This document shows positions 17,511-26,260 of a stretch of DNA of 64,000 bases, one piece after another (position 1 is the first letter of the stretch; every line of letters starts with the position of its first letter). The notes below the pieces were generated by a model. The model made no database searches. It was not told where the DNA came from and was given only the letters and a program-made list of their open reading frames with translations. The position numbers were made by a program, and so were the translations under genes. This DNA comes from Planctomycetota bacterium. GTDB taxonomy: Bacteria; Planctomycetota; UBA1135; UBA2386. The stretch spans positions 7,699 to 71,698 of the forward strand of contig JAEUHT010000166.1 of assembly GCA_016793265.1 (NCBI GenBank), given 5' to 3'.

Positions 17511-19118
17511 ATGATGATCCGCTGCCTCACCGTCGCCCTCGTCCTCGCCACCGCCGCCGCCGCCCGCGCGCAAACCCCGCCGCCGCTGCTGTCGCCGCTC
17601 GCCGCGCCACCGGCCGCGGCCGTGACCTGGCAGGCGGCCGAACGCGCCAAGAACCCGATGATCACGCAGTCGGTCTTCGTCGCCGTCGACACCACGCTGC
17701 TGCGCGCGCTGCCGACCTTCGGCGCCGCCCCGCTCGGCTCGTTCGGGCTCGCGCTGCCGACCGGGAACGTCACGGTGCAGGTCACCAGCACCGACGTCAT
17801 GTTCGGCTACCGCACCTTCCGTGCCCACGTGCCCGGCCAGACCAGCACGCTCGTGCTGACGCTGGCGACGAGCGGCGAGGTGAACGCCCTGATCGACATC
17901 GCCGATGCGCAGTATGCCCTGGTGCCGACGCCGGCGGCGGGTGTGCACGTGCTGCAGGTGCTCGACGCCGAGCAGCTGCCGGCGACGATGGCGTGCGGCA
18001 CCGACCACACGCACGTCGTACACGCCGCGGGACCCGCCACGCAGTCGCTGCTCGGCGGCGGCAACAGCGATTGTTCGCTGACGACGCTCGACGTGATGGT
18101 CTTCTACACGCCGGCGGCGCGCGTCGGCGCCGGTGGTGTCGCGGCGATCGAGACGGCGATCGTCAGCGCCATCGAACAGGCCAACGAAGGCCACCGCGAG
18201 TCCGGGGCGCCGATCGAGTTCCGGCTCGTCTACGCGGCGGAGACGGCGTTCGTCGAGTCCGGCACCAGCGGCGACCTGTACGCCTTCCAGAACCCGGGCG
18301 ACGGCCAGATGGACGAGGTGCACACGCTGCGCGACGACTACGGCGCCGACCTGATGCACCTGATCATCGAGCCGCCGGCGGCGTTCTGCGGCATCGGCTT
18401 CCTGATGGGCGCGCCGTCGACGGGCTTCGAGGACTACGCCTTCGCGGTCACGGTGCGCAATTGCATCACGAACCGCTCCTTCACCCACGAGTGTGGGCAC
18501 AACATGGGCTGCCACCACGACATCAACAATGCGTCGGGCACGCCTGCGTTCCCCTACAGCTACGGCTATCGCACGCCGGACAACGCCTACCGCACGATCA
18601 TGGCCTACGCGCCGGGAACGCGCGTCAACCGCTGGTCGAGCCCGAACGTGCTGTACCAGGGCTACACCATGGGTGTTGCCGGCAGCGCCGACAACGTGCT
18701 GTCGATCACCAACACGTGTTCTACGGTGGCGTTGTTCCGCGCCACGCAGGCGCCGCGGTGGTGCCAGCTCGGCGGCGGCATCGCCGGCGCGAACGGCAAG
18801 CCGACGCTGGTCGGGGCGGGCACGATCAACCAGGTCGCGGCCCTCGAGCTGACGATCGGCAACTACGGCAGCCTCGGCGTCGGCGTGCTGGTCCTCGGCC
18901 TGCAGGCGGTCGACGTGCCGCTGTTCGGCGGCACGCTGGTGCCGTCGCTCGACCTGCTGGTGACGCTGGTCGGCGGCGGGGCGCCGTTGCAGCACGACGC
19001 CAGCTGGCTCGTGCCGATGCCACCGGGCACGCTGGTGTGGTGCCAGGCCGCGTTCCTCGACGCGACGGCGCCGCAGGGCATGTCGTTGAGCGACGGCGTG
19101 CGCGTGACGCGGCCGTGA
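17511..19118 (+). CDS. Secreted reprolysin-like (M12B) zinc metalloprotease with C-terminal shared module
   Basis: Signal peptide MMIRCLTVALVLATAAAARAQ. Extended zinc motif HECGHNMGCHHD (HExxHxxGxxH). Confidence 0.85.
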   Translation: MMIRCLTVALVLATAAAARAQTPPPLLSPLAAPPAAAVTWQAAERAKNPMITQSVFVAVDTTLLRALPTFGAAPLGSFGLALPTGNVTVQVTSTDVMFGYRTFRAHVPGQTSTLVLTLATSGEVNALIDIADAQYALVPTPAAGVHVLQVLDAEQLPATMACGTDHTHVVHAAGPATQSLLGGGNSDCSLTTLDVMVFYTPAARVGAGGVAAIETAIVSAIEQANEGHRESGAPIEFRLVYAAETAFVESGTSGDLYAFQNPGDGQMDEVHTLRDDYGADLMHLIIEPPAAFCGIGFLMGAPSTGFEDYAFAVTVRNCITNRSFTHECGHNMGCHHDINNASGTPAFPYSYGYRTPDNAYRTIMAYAPGTRVNRWSSPNVLYQGYTMGVAGSADNVLSITNTCSTVALFRATQAPRWCQLGGGIAGANGKPTLVGAGTINQVAALELTIGNYGSLGVGVLVLGLQAVDVPLFGGTLVPSLDLLVTLVGGGAPLQHDASWLVPMPPGTLVWCQAAFLDATAPQGMSLSDGVRVTRP

Positions 19119-19181
19119 ACCGGAGCCCGGCTGGGGATGGCCTGTAGCCAGGAGCCCGCGCGCGCCGATAGCGCCGATGCG

Positions 19182-20285
19182 ATGGGCTCCTTGCTGCCGT
19201 TTGTGACCATGCTGCTCTGCCTCGTCCCGGCTGCGGCGCAGGCCGATACGCGGCTGCGGCCGCCGGCGCCGCCGTTGCCCGAGGTGGTGCTGACCGACGC
19301 CGAGGCGCCGACCGCAGCCGACTACGGCCTCGGTGACGGCGGCGTGAACAGGGTTCCCGGCGACCTGCAGTTCGGCGATGGCGACGCGGTGCGCACGCCC
19401 GGTGGCGTGCTCGTCGAGTGCCGCGCCGTCGGCGTCAAGTTGACCTTCCCGTCGCGGCGCGAATTGCTGGTCGCCGCCGACGGCTTCGTGCACCTGCGCT
19501 CGCAGGAGGGCGCCGGGCCGTTCCCGAGCGGGATCGAGCTGCGGCTCGGCGATGGCGCGCTGGTGCGCATCACGCTGGCGCCGTCGTCGCGGCAGCGGGT
19601 GCAGGAGGTGGTCGTCGTCGCCGGCGAACAGGCGCTGCAGCCCTGGCGCAACGGTGGCCCGGCATCGTTGACGCGGCGCCCGGATGGCTGGGCCGGCCCG
19701 CGCCTCGCCTGTTGTGGTGATGGCGGCGACCTCTATCGCCCGATCGCGCTCGGCCCGCTGCTCGTGCTCGACCGGGCACTGGTGGCGGCGGACCGCGCCG
19801 AGCTGGCGCCGCGCGAGCGGCTGGTGGTGCTGACGGCGCCGCTGCTGCGGTCGCTGACCGTGATGCAGCGCCAACACCGCGAGGCGAACGCCGAGGTGCG
19901 GCGCGCCATGACCGCGGTGGCGGCGGTCGCCGATCGTGGCCGCGCGCTGTTCCCGGCCGGGGCGGCGCTGGCGCGCGCCGAGGCCGATCGCCTGCGCTGG
20001 CTGTTGCCGGGCGGGGCCGAGCTCGAACTCGACCTCGACGCCGACCCGACCCCCCGGCTGCAGCTGTTCGCCGGTTCGGCGGCGCGGCCGATGATCGAAT
20101 GGACCCTGCGCGCCGACGCGGCGGCGTTCCTGGCCAATCCGCGCAGCGATCAGCCCGACAAGCGCTGGCACGGCAACGGCACGCGGCTCGATCCGGCCCA
20201 GCCGGACCTGCAGGCGCGGCAGCAGCTGTTCGAGTTCGGGCACGCCCGCCAGGTGATCGAGCGCCTGCGTCGCCCGGCGCGGTGA
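19182..20285 (+). CDS. Secreted hypothetical protein
   Basis: ATG at 19182 gives MGSLLPFVTMLLCLVPAAAQA. Codons are GC3-rich throughout. No family recognised. Confidence 0.6.
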   Translation: MGSLLPFVTMLLCLVPAAAQADTRLRPPAPPLPEVVLTDAEAPTAADYGLGDGGVNRVPGDLQFGDGDAVRTPGGVLVECRAVGVKLTFPSRRELLVAADGFVHLRSQEGAGPFPSGIELRLGDGALVRITLAPSSRQRVQEVVVVAGEQALQPWRNGGPASLTRRPDGWAGPRLACCGDGGDLYRPIALGPLLVLDRALVAADRAELAPRERLVVLTAPLLRSLTVMQRQHREANAEVRRAMTAVAAVADRGRALFPAGAALARAEADRLRWLLPGGAELELDLDADPTPRLQLFAGSAARPMIEWTLRADAAAFLANPRSDQPDKRWHGNGTRLDPAQPDLQARQQLFEFGHARQVIERLRRPAR

Positions 20286-20350
20286 GGGGCGGGCGACCGG
20301 CAGATCGGCGTTTTCGCCGGCGGCCTGGTCGGCTACCTTCTCCGCCTTCG

Positions 20351-20356
20351 AAGGAG
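20351..20356 (+). promoter_or_regulatory. Shine-Dalgarno sequence AAGGAG
   Basis: AAGGAG lies 8 nt upstream of the ATG at 20365. It is one of the few strong SD sequences in the window. Confidence 0.6.
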
Positions 20357-20364
20357 CCCCTGAC

Positions 20365-20859
20365 ATGAAGTTCACGATTCTCTCTCTCGCTCTGTTCGCC
20401 GCGGTGTCGCTGACGTCGTGCAAGTCCACGTGCGGCGACGACTGCAGCTCGCACCAGGCCGCCGTCGAGGCGGTCGCCAAGGACCACCCTGACTGCACGC
20501 GCCTGACGCTGCACTGCACGCCCGCCGGCGGCGGCGGCGCCAAGGCCTGCGCCAGCACGCTGCCGAGCAAGCTCGGCAAGCCGTCCGATCCCGAGGACCT
20601 CAAGGCGATGCAGAACGGGGAGACCGTGACGCTCGACGAGGGCGACGCGCTCGACGTGACGGTGCCGATCTGCGCCAAGGACGGCAAGTTCCTGGCCGCC
20701 TGCGGGGTCACGCTGAAGAAGTCGGCGGCGGCGTCGAAGGAGCAGCTGGTCGAGCAGGCCACGGCGATCGCCAAGGCGGTCGAAGGCCGCCTCGCCCAAG
20801 CCGGCGGCTGCTGCGACGGCGGCTGCGCCAGCGGTTGCTGCAGCGGCGACCTGAAGTGA
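20365..20859 (+). CDS. Small lipoprotein with a Cys-rich C-terminal tail
   Basis: MKFTILSLALFAAVSLTSCKS carries a lipobox. The tail is AGGCCDGGCASGCCSGDLK. A strong SD precedes the gene. Confidence 0.8.
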   Translation: MKFTILSLALFAAVSLTSCKSTCGDDCSSHQAAVEAVAKDHPDCTRLTLHCTPAGGGGAKACASTLPSKLGKPSDPEDLKAMQNGETVTLDEGDALDVTVPICAKDGKFLAACGVTLKKSAAASKEQLVEQATAIAKAVEGRLAQAGGCCDGGCASGCCSGDLK

Positions 20860-20884
20860 TCGCCGTCGGGCGCGGCGGCCGCGG

Positions 20885-21844
20885 CTACTTGCGGCGGCCG
20901 ACCGCGTCCTGCGCCGCGCGCCAGGCGCGGTGCTCGCGCAGGGCGGCCTCGACGGCCTTGTCGCCCTGATCCATACGCTGCAGCGCCGCCAGCGCGGCCT
21001 TCGTATTGGTGGCGCCGATCGCCAGCAGCGTCGCCGCGCGATCGTGGGCGTCGCCGAGGTTCTGCAGGCGGGCTTCGAGCCGGTTGGTGGCCTGTTCGCC
21101 GTGCAGCAGCCGGCCGATGCGGCCGACGGCGCGCGCGAATTCCGGGTCCTGCACGGGGCCCAGCGACACCGCCAGCGCGTCGAGCAGGCCGTCGAGGCGC
21201 TGTTCGGCGCACAGCTCGGCGAGCGCGATCTTGTAGGGCACGTCGTCGACTTCGCCGCAGGCCCTGGTCATGAGCCGGCTCCACGACACCGGGCCGAGCT
21301 GCGCGCGCAGGTCTTCGCGGCCGAGCAGGAAGCGCACGGCCTCTTGGCGGATGCCTGGCTCGCCATCGAGCGCCATCGTGCACAACGCGGCGGCGGTGGT
21401 GGCTGGCGGGGCGCCGGCCTCGCTGGCGGCGAGCACGCGCGCGAAGGCGAGGTTGGCGTCGCGGTCGAGGTCGCTGCCGATCAGCGGGTTGCTGCCCGGC
21501 CAGCCGACCATGCGGTAGTAGGGGCCGTCGTTGGCGGGCAGACCGAGCTTCGCCGCGGTGACGCTGGCGTCCTGCAGGCAGTAGAGGCGCGATTGGCGCG
21601 GGCTCGGCCGCAGGTGCAGGCCGAGCTTGGGCCAGTCGAGCACGGTGACGGCGGTGTCGGCGCCGGCGCCGCGCACGTCGTGCAGCACCTGCACGCGGTG
21701 CAGCACGAGGTCGTCGCCGAACGGCTTCTTGCCGACCTGGCGGGCCACCACGACGACGTCGGCGTCGACGAGACCGCGGCCCAGATCCTGGCCGGTCGCG
21801 AACGGGAGCAGGCTCAGTGAGCCCAGCAGGGTGAGGAGGCGCAT
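20885..21844 (-). CDS. Secreted helical-repeat (HEAT-like) hypothetical protein
   Basis: Signal peptide MRLLTLLGSLSLLPFATGQ. The start lies 1 bp after the stop of the upstream metalloprotease gene, suggesting an operon. Confidence 0.65.
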   Translation of the reverse strand: MRLLTLLGSLSLLPFATGQDLGRGLVDADVVVVARQVGKKPFGDDLVLHRVQVLHDVRGAGADTAVTVLDWPKLGLHLRPSPRQSRLYCLQDASVTAAKLGLPANDGPYYRMVGWPGSNPLIGSDLDRDANLAFARVLAASEAGAPPATTAAALCTMALDGEPGIRQEAVRFLLGREDLRAQLGPVSWSRLMTRACGEVDDVPYKIALAELCAEQRLDGLLDALAVSLGPVQDPEFARAVGRIGRLLHGEQATNRLEARLQNLGDAHDRAATLLAIGATNTKAALAALQRMDQGDKAVEAALREHRAWRAAQDAVGRRK

Positions 21845-21845
21845 G

Positions 21846-23636
21846 TCAGTTGCCGTAGAAGACCTGCTCGCGCAGGTAGGCCAGGTTGAGGGAGTTGAAG
21901 TGCGTGCCGGCGTTGGTCGCCGAGCTGAACGACAGCTGCGGGCTCATCACGTTGATGGCGCCGCCCGAGAACAGGCTCTGGTTGCTGATGTGGCCGTCGC
22001 TGGAGCCGGGGAAGTTCGTGGTGTCGTCGCCGTAGAGCCCGGTCGGCATGGCGCCGTTCATCACCAGCCCGACCGAATGGCCACACTCGTGGCCGGTCAC
22101 CACCGCGGTGAAGCGCGCCAGCGCGGCGATGGCGGCGGTGATGTCGTCGGCGCGCGCGTCGGTGTTGGTGCCGTTCAGGCGGTCGTCGTCGGCGTTGTCC
22201 TCGCCGATCGGGACGCCGCCGTGCACCGCGGCGAAGGTGTCGAAGACGAGCCGGAACGACGAGCTCGCGCCCGAGGCGAGCCCGGCGTCGGCGATCGTGT
22301 GCAGGAAGACGCCGAGCCGGGTGCCCGAGTAGTCGGTGCGCGTGTCGTCGTCCTGGGTGGTGTTGTTGGGGTCGAAGATGGCGATGCCGAGCACGCCGTT
22401 GAGGTCGGAGGAGCCGGCGATGGCGATCTGTGAGTAACCGAACGAGCCGTAGCTGACGCTGGTGTTGCTGCCGAAGCTGCCGCTCGGCTGCGTCAGCGTG
22501 AAGGTGACGTTGGCGCCGTCGTAGAGCGCTTCGAGCTGCTGCACGAGCTCGTCCTTGAAGCGCGCGTTGACGACCGCGTTGCTGTCGAGGCCACCCTGCA
22601 CGTTGGCGATCGGGGTCGCCGAGTTGAGGCCGACGATACGCAGGATGTCTTCGAAGTCGCTGCGGCCGTTGGCGCCGGCGACGATGTCGACGCGGACGCC
22701 GGTGCCGCTGCCGCTGGTGGTGAACGACTCGATGTCGCGGCCGAAGTCGAGGTACCAGACCTGGCTCGTGTTGACGTTCGTCTCGAACGGCCGCAGCAGG
22801 TCGGTGAAGGCGCGCACGGTGGCGACGAACGTCGCCGGGCTCGACGCCAGGCCGGAGACGTCGGCGACGACCGCGGTCAGCGTCAGGGCCCCGTTCGGGA
22901 ACGTGACCGTCGACGGCACGCGGTAGCTGGCGGTGGTGTTGGTGGCGCTGACCGTGGTCAGGAACGGCACCAGGTTGGTGCCCGGCGGCTGCGCCCCCGA
23001 CGAGGTGCTGACGCTGACGCTGGCGGTGATGCTCGTCTGCGCGGTGGCGATGGCGCTGTTGTCGGTGTAGCCGAGGTCGATCGTCCAGCCGTTCGCGGGC
23101 ACCTGCAGCGTGCCGCCGGCGGCGCCGGTGCCGTTGAGCTCGGCGTCGATCGCCGCCAGCGTGAAGTCCGCGATCACGGGCGCGGCGCCGTCGCTGCTGC
23201 CGATCACGACCGGGGTGCCGCCGGTGCCGAGCTTGCCTCCGCCGTCGACGACGACGTCGTTGTCGGCCGCCAGCACGATCGTGGTCGAGTCGCCGACGAC
23301 GCTCACGCCGGCACCGAAGACGATCACCAAGGTGTTGGCCGCCGGCTGCGTCGGCGCGGCCGCCACCGCGCCGAGCGAAGCGCCGCCCGACAGCGTCACG
23401 TCGGCGTCGGTCAGCAGCTTGCCACCGACGGCGGTGACGTTCTCGGAGAAGGTCAGCACCAGCGTGTCGCCGACCACGGGGCTGCCGCCGGCGCCGACGA
23501 ACGACGCCGAGATCAGCACCGGCGGGGCGTCAGGGATGTTGCCGCCGCCGCCGCCACCGCCACAGGCGGCCGCGAGCAGGGCGAAGGTGAGGATCGCCGG
23601 AAAGCGCTGATGTGATGGGGGGGAGCTGCCGATCAT
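21846..23636 (-). CDS. Lipoprotein zinc metalloprotease (HExxH) with N-terminal Ig-like or surface-repeat region
   Basis: ATG at 23636. The N-terminus has lipobox LLAAACGGGGGG. The C-terminal catalytic motif is VVTGHECGHSVGL. Confidence 0.75.
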   Translation of the reverse strand: MIGSSPPSHQRFPAILTFALLAAACGGGGGGGNIPDAPPVLISASFVGAGGSPVVGDTLVLTFSENVTAVGGKLLTDADVTLSGGASLGAVAAAPTQPAANTLVIVFGAGVSVVGDSTTIVLAADNDVVVDGGGKLGTGGTPVVIGSSDGAAPVIADFTLAAIDAELNGTGAAGGTLQVPANGWTIDLGYTDNSAIATAQTSITASVSVSTSSGAQPPGTNLVPFLTTVSATNTTASYRVPSTVTFPNGALTLTAVVADVSGLASSPATFVATVRAFTDLLRPFETNVNTSQVWYLDFGRDIESFTTSGSGTGVRVDIVAGANGRSDFEDILRIVGLNSATPIANVQGGLDSNAVVNARFKDELVQQLEALYDGANVTFTLTQPSGSFGSNTSVSYGSFGYSQIAIAGSSDLNGVLGIAIFDPNNTTQDDDTRTDYSGTRLGVFLHTIADAGLASGASSSFRLVFDTFAAVHGGVPIGEDNADDDRLNGTNTDARADDITAAIAALARFTAVVTGHECGHSVGLVMNGAMPTGLYGDDTTNFPGSSDGHISNQSLFSGGAINVMSPQLSFSSATNAGTHFNSLNLAYLREQVFYGN

Positions 23637-23822
23637 GAGGTGATGTCGAAGTGGGCGTTCTTGACGGCCTTGGGCCGTTTGGCCCCGGGAGCGGCCACCG
23701 CGCGCACGCACGGCGCCGACGGCCGGCCGTTGCTGCGGCCCTGGCGCGTGCCGAGGGCCAGCGCCGTGGCGACCGCGCGGGCGGTGCGTGCCGGGCGCCC
23801 GCAGCCGGCCTGGCCGCGACTC

Positions 23823-24212
23823 GTGGGGTTGTGCTGCATCGGGATCGCCGTGTGTGCTGCCACGGCGCCGGTCGCGCCGCTGCCATCGCTGGTTCAGGCA
23901 TCTACATCGACCAGATACCAGGGCAACCTGCAACCACCGGCCACGATCCAGCCGCGCGGCGTCGCCGACCGCGTGCCGGCCGTGTTCGCCTGGAGCCGCG
24001 TGGCGGGGACCTGGGCCCCGGCGCGCGTCGCGCTGCTCGACGAAGGCTACCGTGAGCTCGCCTTCGTCGACGGCATCGCCGCTTCGCAGCTGATGACGCC
24101 ACCCCAGTTCGCCCAGCACCTCGCGCGCGGCGGCACCTTCCACTGGACGGTCACCCTCGGCGACGGCCCGCGGGCGGTCGTCAGTCGGCTGCAGACCTTC
24201 ACGATCCGCTGA
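23823..24212 (+). CDS. Small hypothetical exported or membrane protein (start uncertain)
   Basis: The 3' two-thirds of track ORF 23640..24212 has strongly GC3-biased codons. GTG at 23823 yields the hydrophobic N-terminus VGLCCIGIAVCAATAPV. The ATG at 23640 would leave only 3 bp to the divergent neighbour. Confidence 0.45.
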   Translation: MGLCCIGIAVCAATAPVAPLPSLVQASTSTRYQGNLQPPATIQPRGVADRVPAVFAWSRVAGTWAPARVALLDEGYRELAFVDGIAASQLMTPPQFAQHLARGGTFHWTVTLGDGPRAVVSRLQTFTIR

Positions 24213-24292
24213 ACCAGAACAGCCCTTGTCATCGTCGCCACATCGCTATCGAATGCCATAACTCAACTCTGACAAAGGGGATACCGAAAACA

Positions 24293-25273
24293 GTGCGACC
24301 GGAGGCCGAGCTGGCAGCCGGCACCGCAACTGGGACGCACTGGATGATGAAGCTTGCCGTTGGCGAGGTGATCGAGGGCTACCGGATCACCCGGTTCCTG
24401 GGCAGGGGTGGCTTCGCCACCGTCTACCTGGCCCAACACGAACAAACCGGGAACAAGGTCGCCCTCAAGGTCGGCGGCGCCGCTGGCGGCGGTCGCCAGG
24501 TCACCCGGCTGCTGGAGGTGACTTCCCGGCGCACGCCGGAGGGCATCAGCCCGGACGAACTGCCGGCCGAGGCGATCTTCTTCGAACCGCGCGGCGTGCG
24601 CGTCGACCTGTTCGACGAACAGGAGGTGCAGGCGATGCTGCGGGCGGAGGGCGACCTGCTCGCCAACTGCCAGCACGAGAACCTCGTCGCGCTGCAGGAC
24701 CGCCTGATCGTCGACGGCAACCCGGTGCTCGTGCTCGAGTACGTTCGCGGCAAGACGCTGCGCGAGAAGATCCGCAGCCTCGAGGGCATCCACCTCAACT
24801 GGTTCCTCGCCATCGTGCGGGCGCTGATCACCCTCAAGCAGGGCGACACGCTGCCCTACCACGGCGACCTGAAGCCGGAGAACGTCATCATCAAGCCGAG
24901 CGGCAAGGTGGTGCTGATCGACCCGGCGATGCGGCTGCCGGACCGCGCCGTCGTCACCACGACGCCGCACTACAACCCGATGCTGCTCACGGACAGCAAG
25001 GCTGACGTGATGGCGATCGGCATCATGATCTACGAGATCCTGACCGGCACGCTGCCGTTCGACGAGGTGCCGTGGGAGTTCGCCGGCCGCCAGAGCGGTG
25101 GCGAGACGCAGCGGCTGTCGCTGAGCTACTTCTTCAGCTACACGCCGCCGCACGTGCTCAACCCGAAGACGCCCGAGGAGCTGGAGCGCATCGTCTACCG
25201 CTGCATCACGGTGCAGAACTACGGGCTCAACGAGCTGCGCGCGGACCTCGAGACCTTCATCAGCAAGGCCTGA
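24293..25273 (+). CDS. Stand-alone Ser/Thr-kinase-like protein with atypical motifs
   Basis: GRGGFATVYLA, VALKV, YHGDLKPENV (HGD in place of HRD) and LIDPAM (DPA in place of DFG). About 45 aa are inserted after the catalytic Lys. An alternative ATG start lies at 24344. The upstream AT-richer leader contains AAGGGG. Confidence 0.75.
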   Translation: MRPEAELAAGTATGTHWMMKLAVGEVIEGYRITRFLGRGGFATVYLAQHEQTGNKVALKVGGAAGGGRQVTRLLEVTSRRTPEGISPDELPAEAIFFEPRGVRVDLFDEQEVQAMLRAEGDLLANCQHENLVALQDRLIVDGNPVLVLEYVRGKTLREKIRSLEGIHLNWFLAIVRALITLKQGDTLPYHGDLKPENVIIKPSGKVVLIDPAMRLPDRAVVTTTPHYNPMLLTDSKADVMAIGIMIYEILTGTLPFDEVPWEFAGRQSGGETQRLSLSYFFSYTPPHVLNPKTPEELERIVYRCITVQNYGLNELRADLETFISKA

Positions 25274-25303
25274 GCGCGGGCGTCGCCGGCCGGCGCGCGG
25301 CGA

Positions 25304-26083
25304 TCAGTGCCGCACGCCGCCGCCGAAGCGGTGTTCGCGGCTGATGCCGAGCACACCGGCGACCAGGATCGCCACCAGCGCGCCGACGCCGATGGCGACG
25401 CGCACGTCGGTCTCGCCGATGCGCCCCGTGCTGGCGAACAACAGCAGCTCGGCGCCGACCGCGATCAGCGGGGAACGGAAGCGGCCGGCGTCGGTGACGT
25501 GCCAGACGAAGCCGGTCAGCACGCTGGCGGCGAGGCCGCGCCCGAGCAGGTCCGCCGTCCAGCCAGCGATGGCGGCGTGGCTGCCGACGACGGCGACGAA
25601 CACCGTCGCGGCGGCGAGCACGGCAAGGGTGATCTCGCGGCCGGCCGAAGGTGCTGGCGCCGGCACTGCCGCGGCGCCTCGCGGCACCGGCGACCGGGCG
25701 GTTGGGTCCGCTTCCGGCTGCGGTGACCGTTGTGCTGGCGCGGCCGCCGTCGTTTCGCTGCCGAGGTGGCGTTCGAAGGCGGCGAGGTCAGGATCCCCGG
25801 GCCCGAACGGCGGCCGGCCGGTAGGCGCAGGGGCCCCGACCCGCTTGCCGCCGGGCGCTGGCTCTTGCCAGTCCGACGGGGGCGGCACGTCGCGCTTCGG
25901 CCGCTTCTTGCTCTTTCTCAGCCGCGGCGGCGGTGCCTGCAGCTCGCGCAGCAGCTCCTGTACCTTGGGGTCGACGAACTGCGCCTGCGGGTCCCGCCAG
26001 GGCCCGTCGCCGTCGGCGCGCTGGATCGCCTGTTCGAGGCGGTCGTCGTCGAACTCGTCGAGAATGTCGCCATCCGTGCCCAT
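25304..26083 (-). CDS. Membrane protein with a disordered Pro-rich N-terminus and about 4 C-terminal TM helices
   Basis: 259-aa ORF. The N-terminus is acidic and basic with low complexity. C-terminal hydrophobic segments include ITLAVLAAATVFVAVVG, LAASVLTGFVW, LIAVGAELLLFA and IGVGALVAILVAGVLGI. Confidence 0.6.
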   Translation of the reverse strand: MGTDGDILDEFDDDRLEQAIQRADGDGPWRDPQAQFVDPKVQELLRELQAPPPRLRKSKKRPKRDVPPPSDWQEPAPGGKRVGAPAPTGRPPFGPGDPDLAAFERHLGSETTAAAPAQRSPQPEADPTARSPVPRGAAAVPAPAPSAGREITLAVLAAATVFVAVVGSHAAIAGWTADLLGRGLAASVLTGFVWHVTDAGRFRSPLIAVGAELLLFASTGRIGETDVRVAIGVGALVAILVAGVLGISREHRFGGGVRH

Positions 26084-26260
26084 CGCGTGCCCCTATCGGC
26101 CCATTGGGGTGCTCCCGATCAGGGATTCCCGACGCGGTGCGGCCGGGTGTGGCGCCCTGGTTGTGGACATCCTGCCCAGGCCCGGGAAGATGCCGCGCGC
26201 GGCGGCGGTCTCAGCCGCCCGCTGTCGCGTCCGTGGCCGCCCGGCCACCCACGGCCCCCC

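Noticed and set aside
17502-21383. 1293-aa minus-strand ORF
   Set aside because: It is antisense to the M12B protease, a secreted protein and the Cys-tail lipoprotein, and out of frame with the real minus-strand gene 20885..21844. The composition is Arg/Ala/Gly/Pro-rich with no motifs.
23640-23822. ATG at 23640 as the start of the small plus-strand gene
   Set aside because: It would leave only 3 bp between two divergent start codons (23636 minus, 23640 plus), and the encoded N-terminus is Arg/Ala/Pro-rich. I prefer GTG at 23823, which gives a hydrophobic N-terminus, though the longer form is not excluded.
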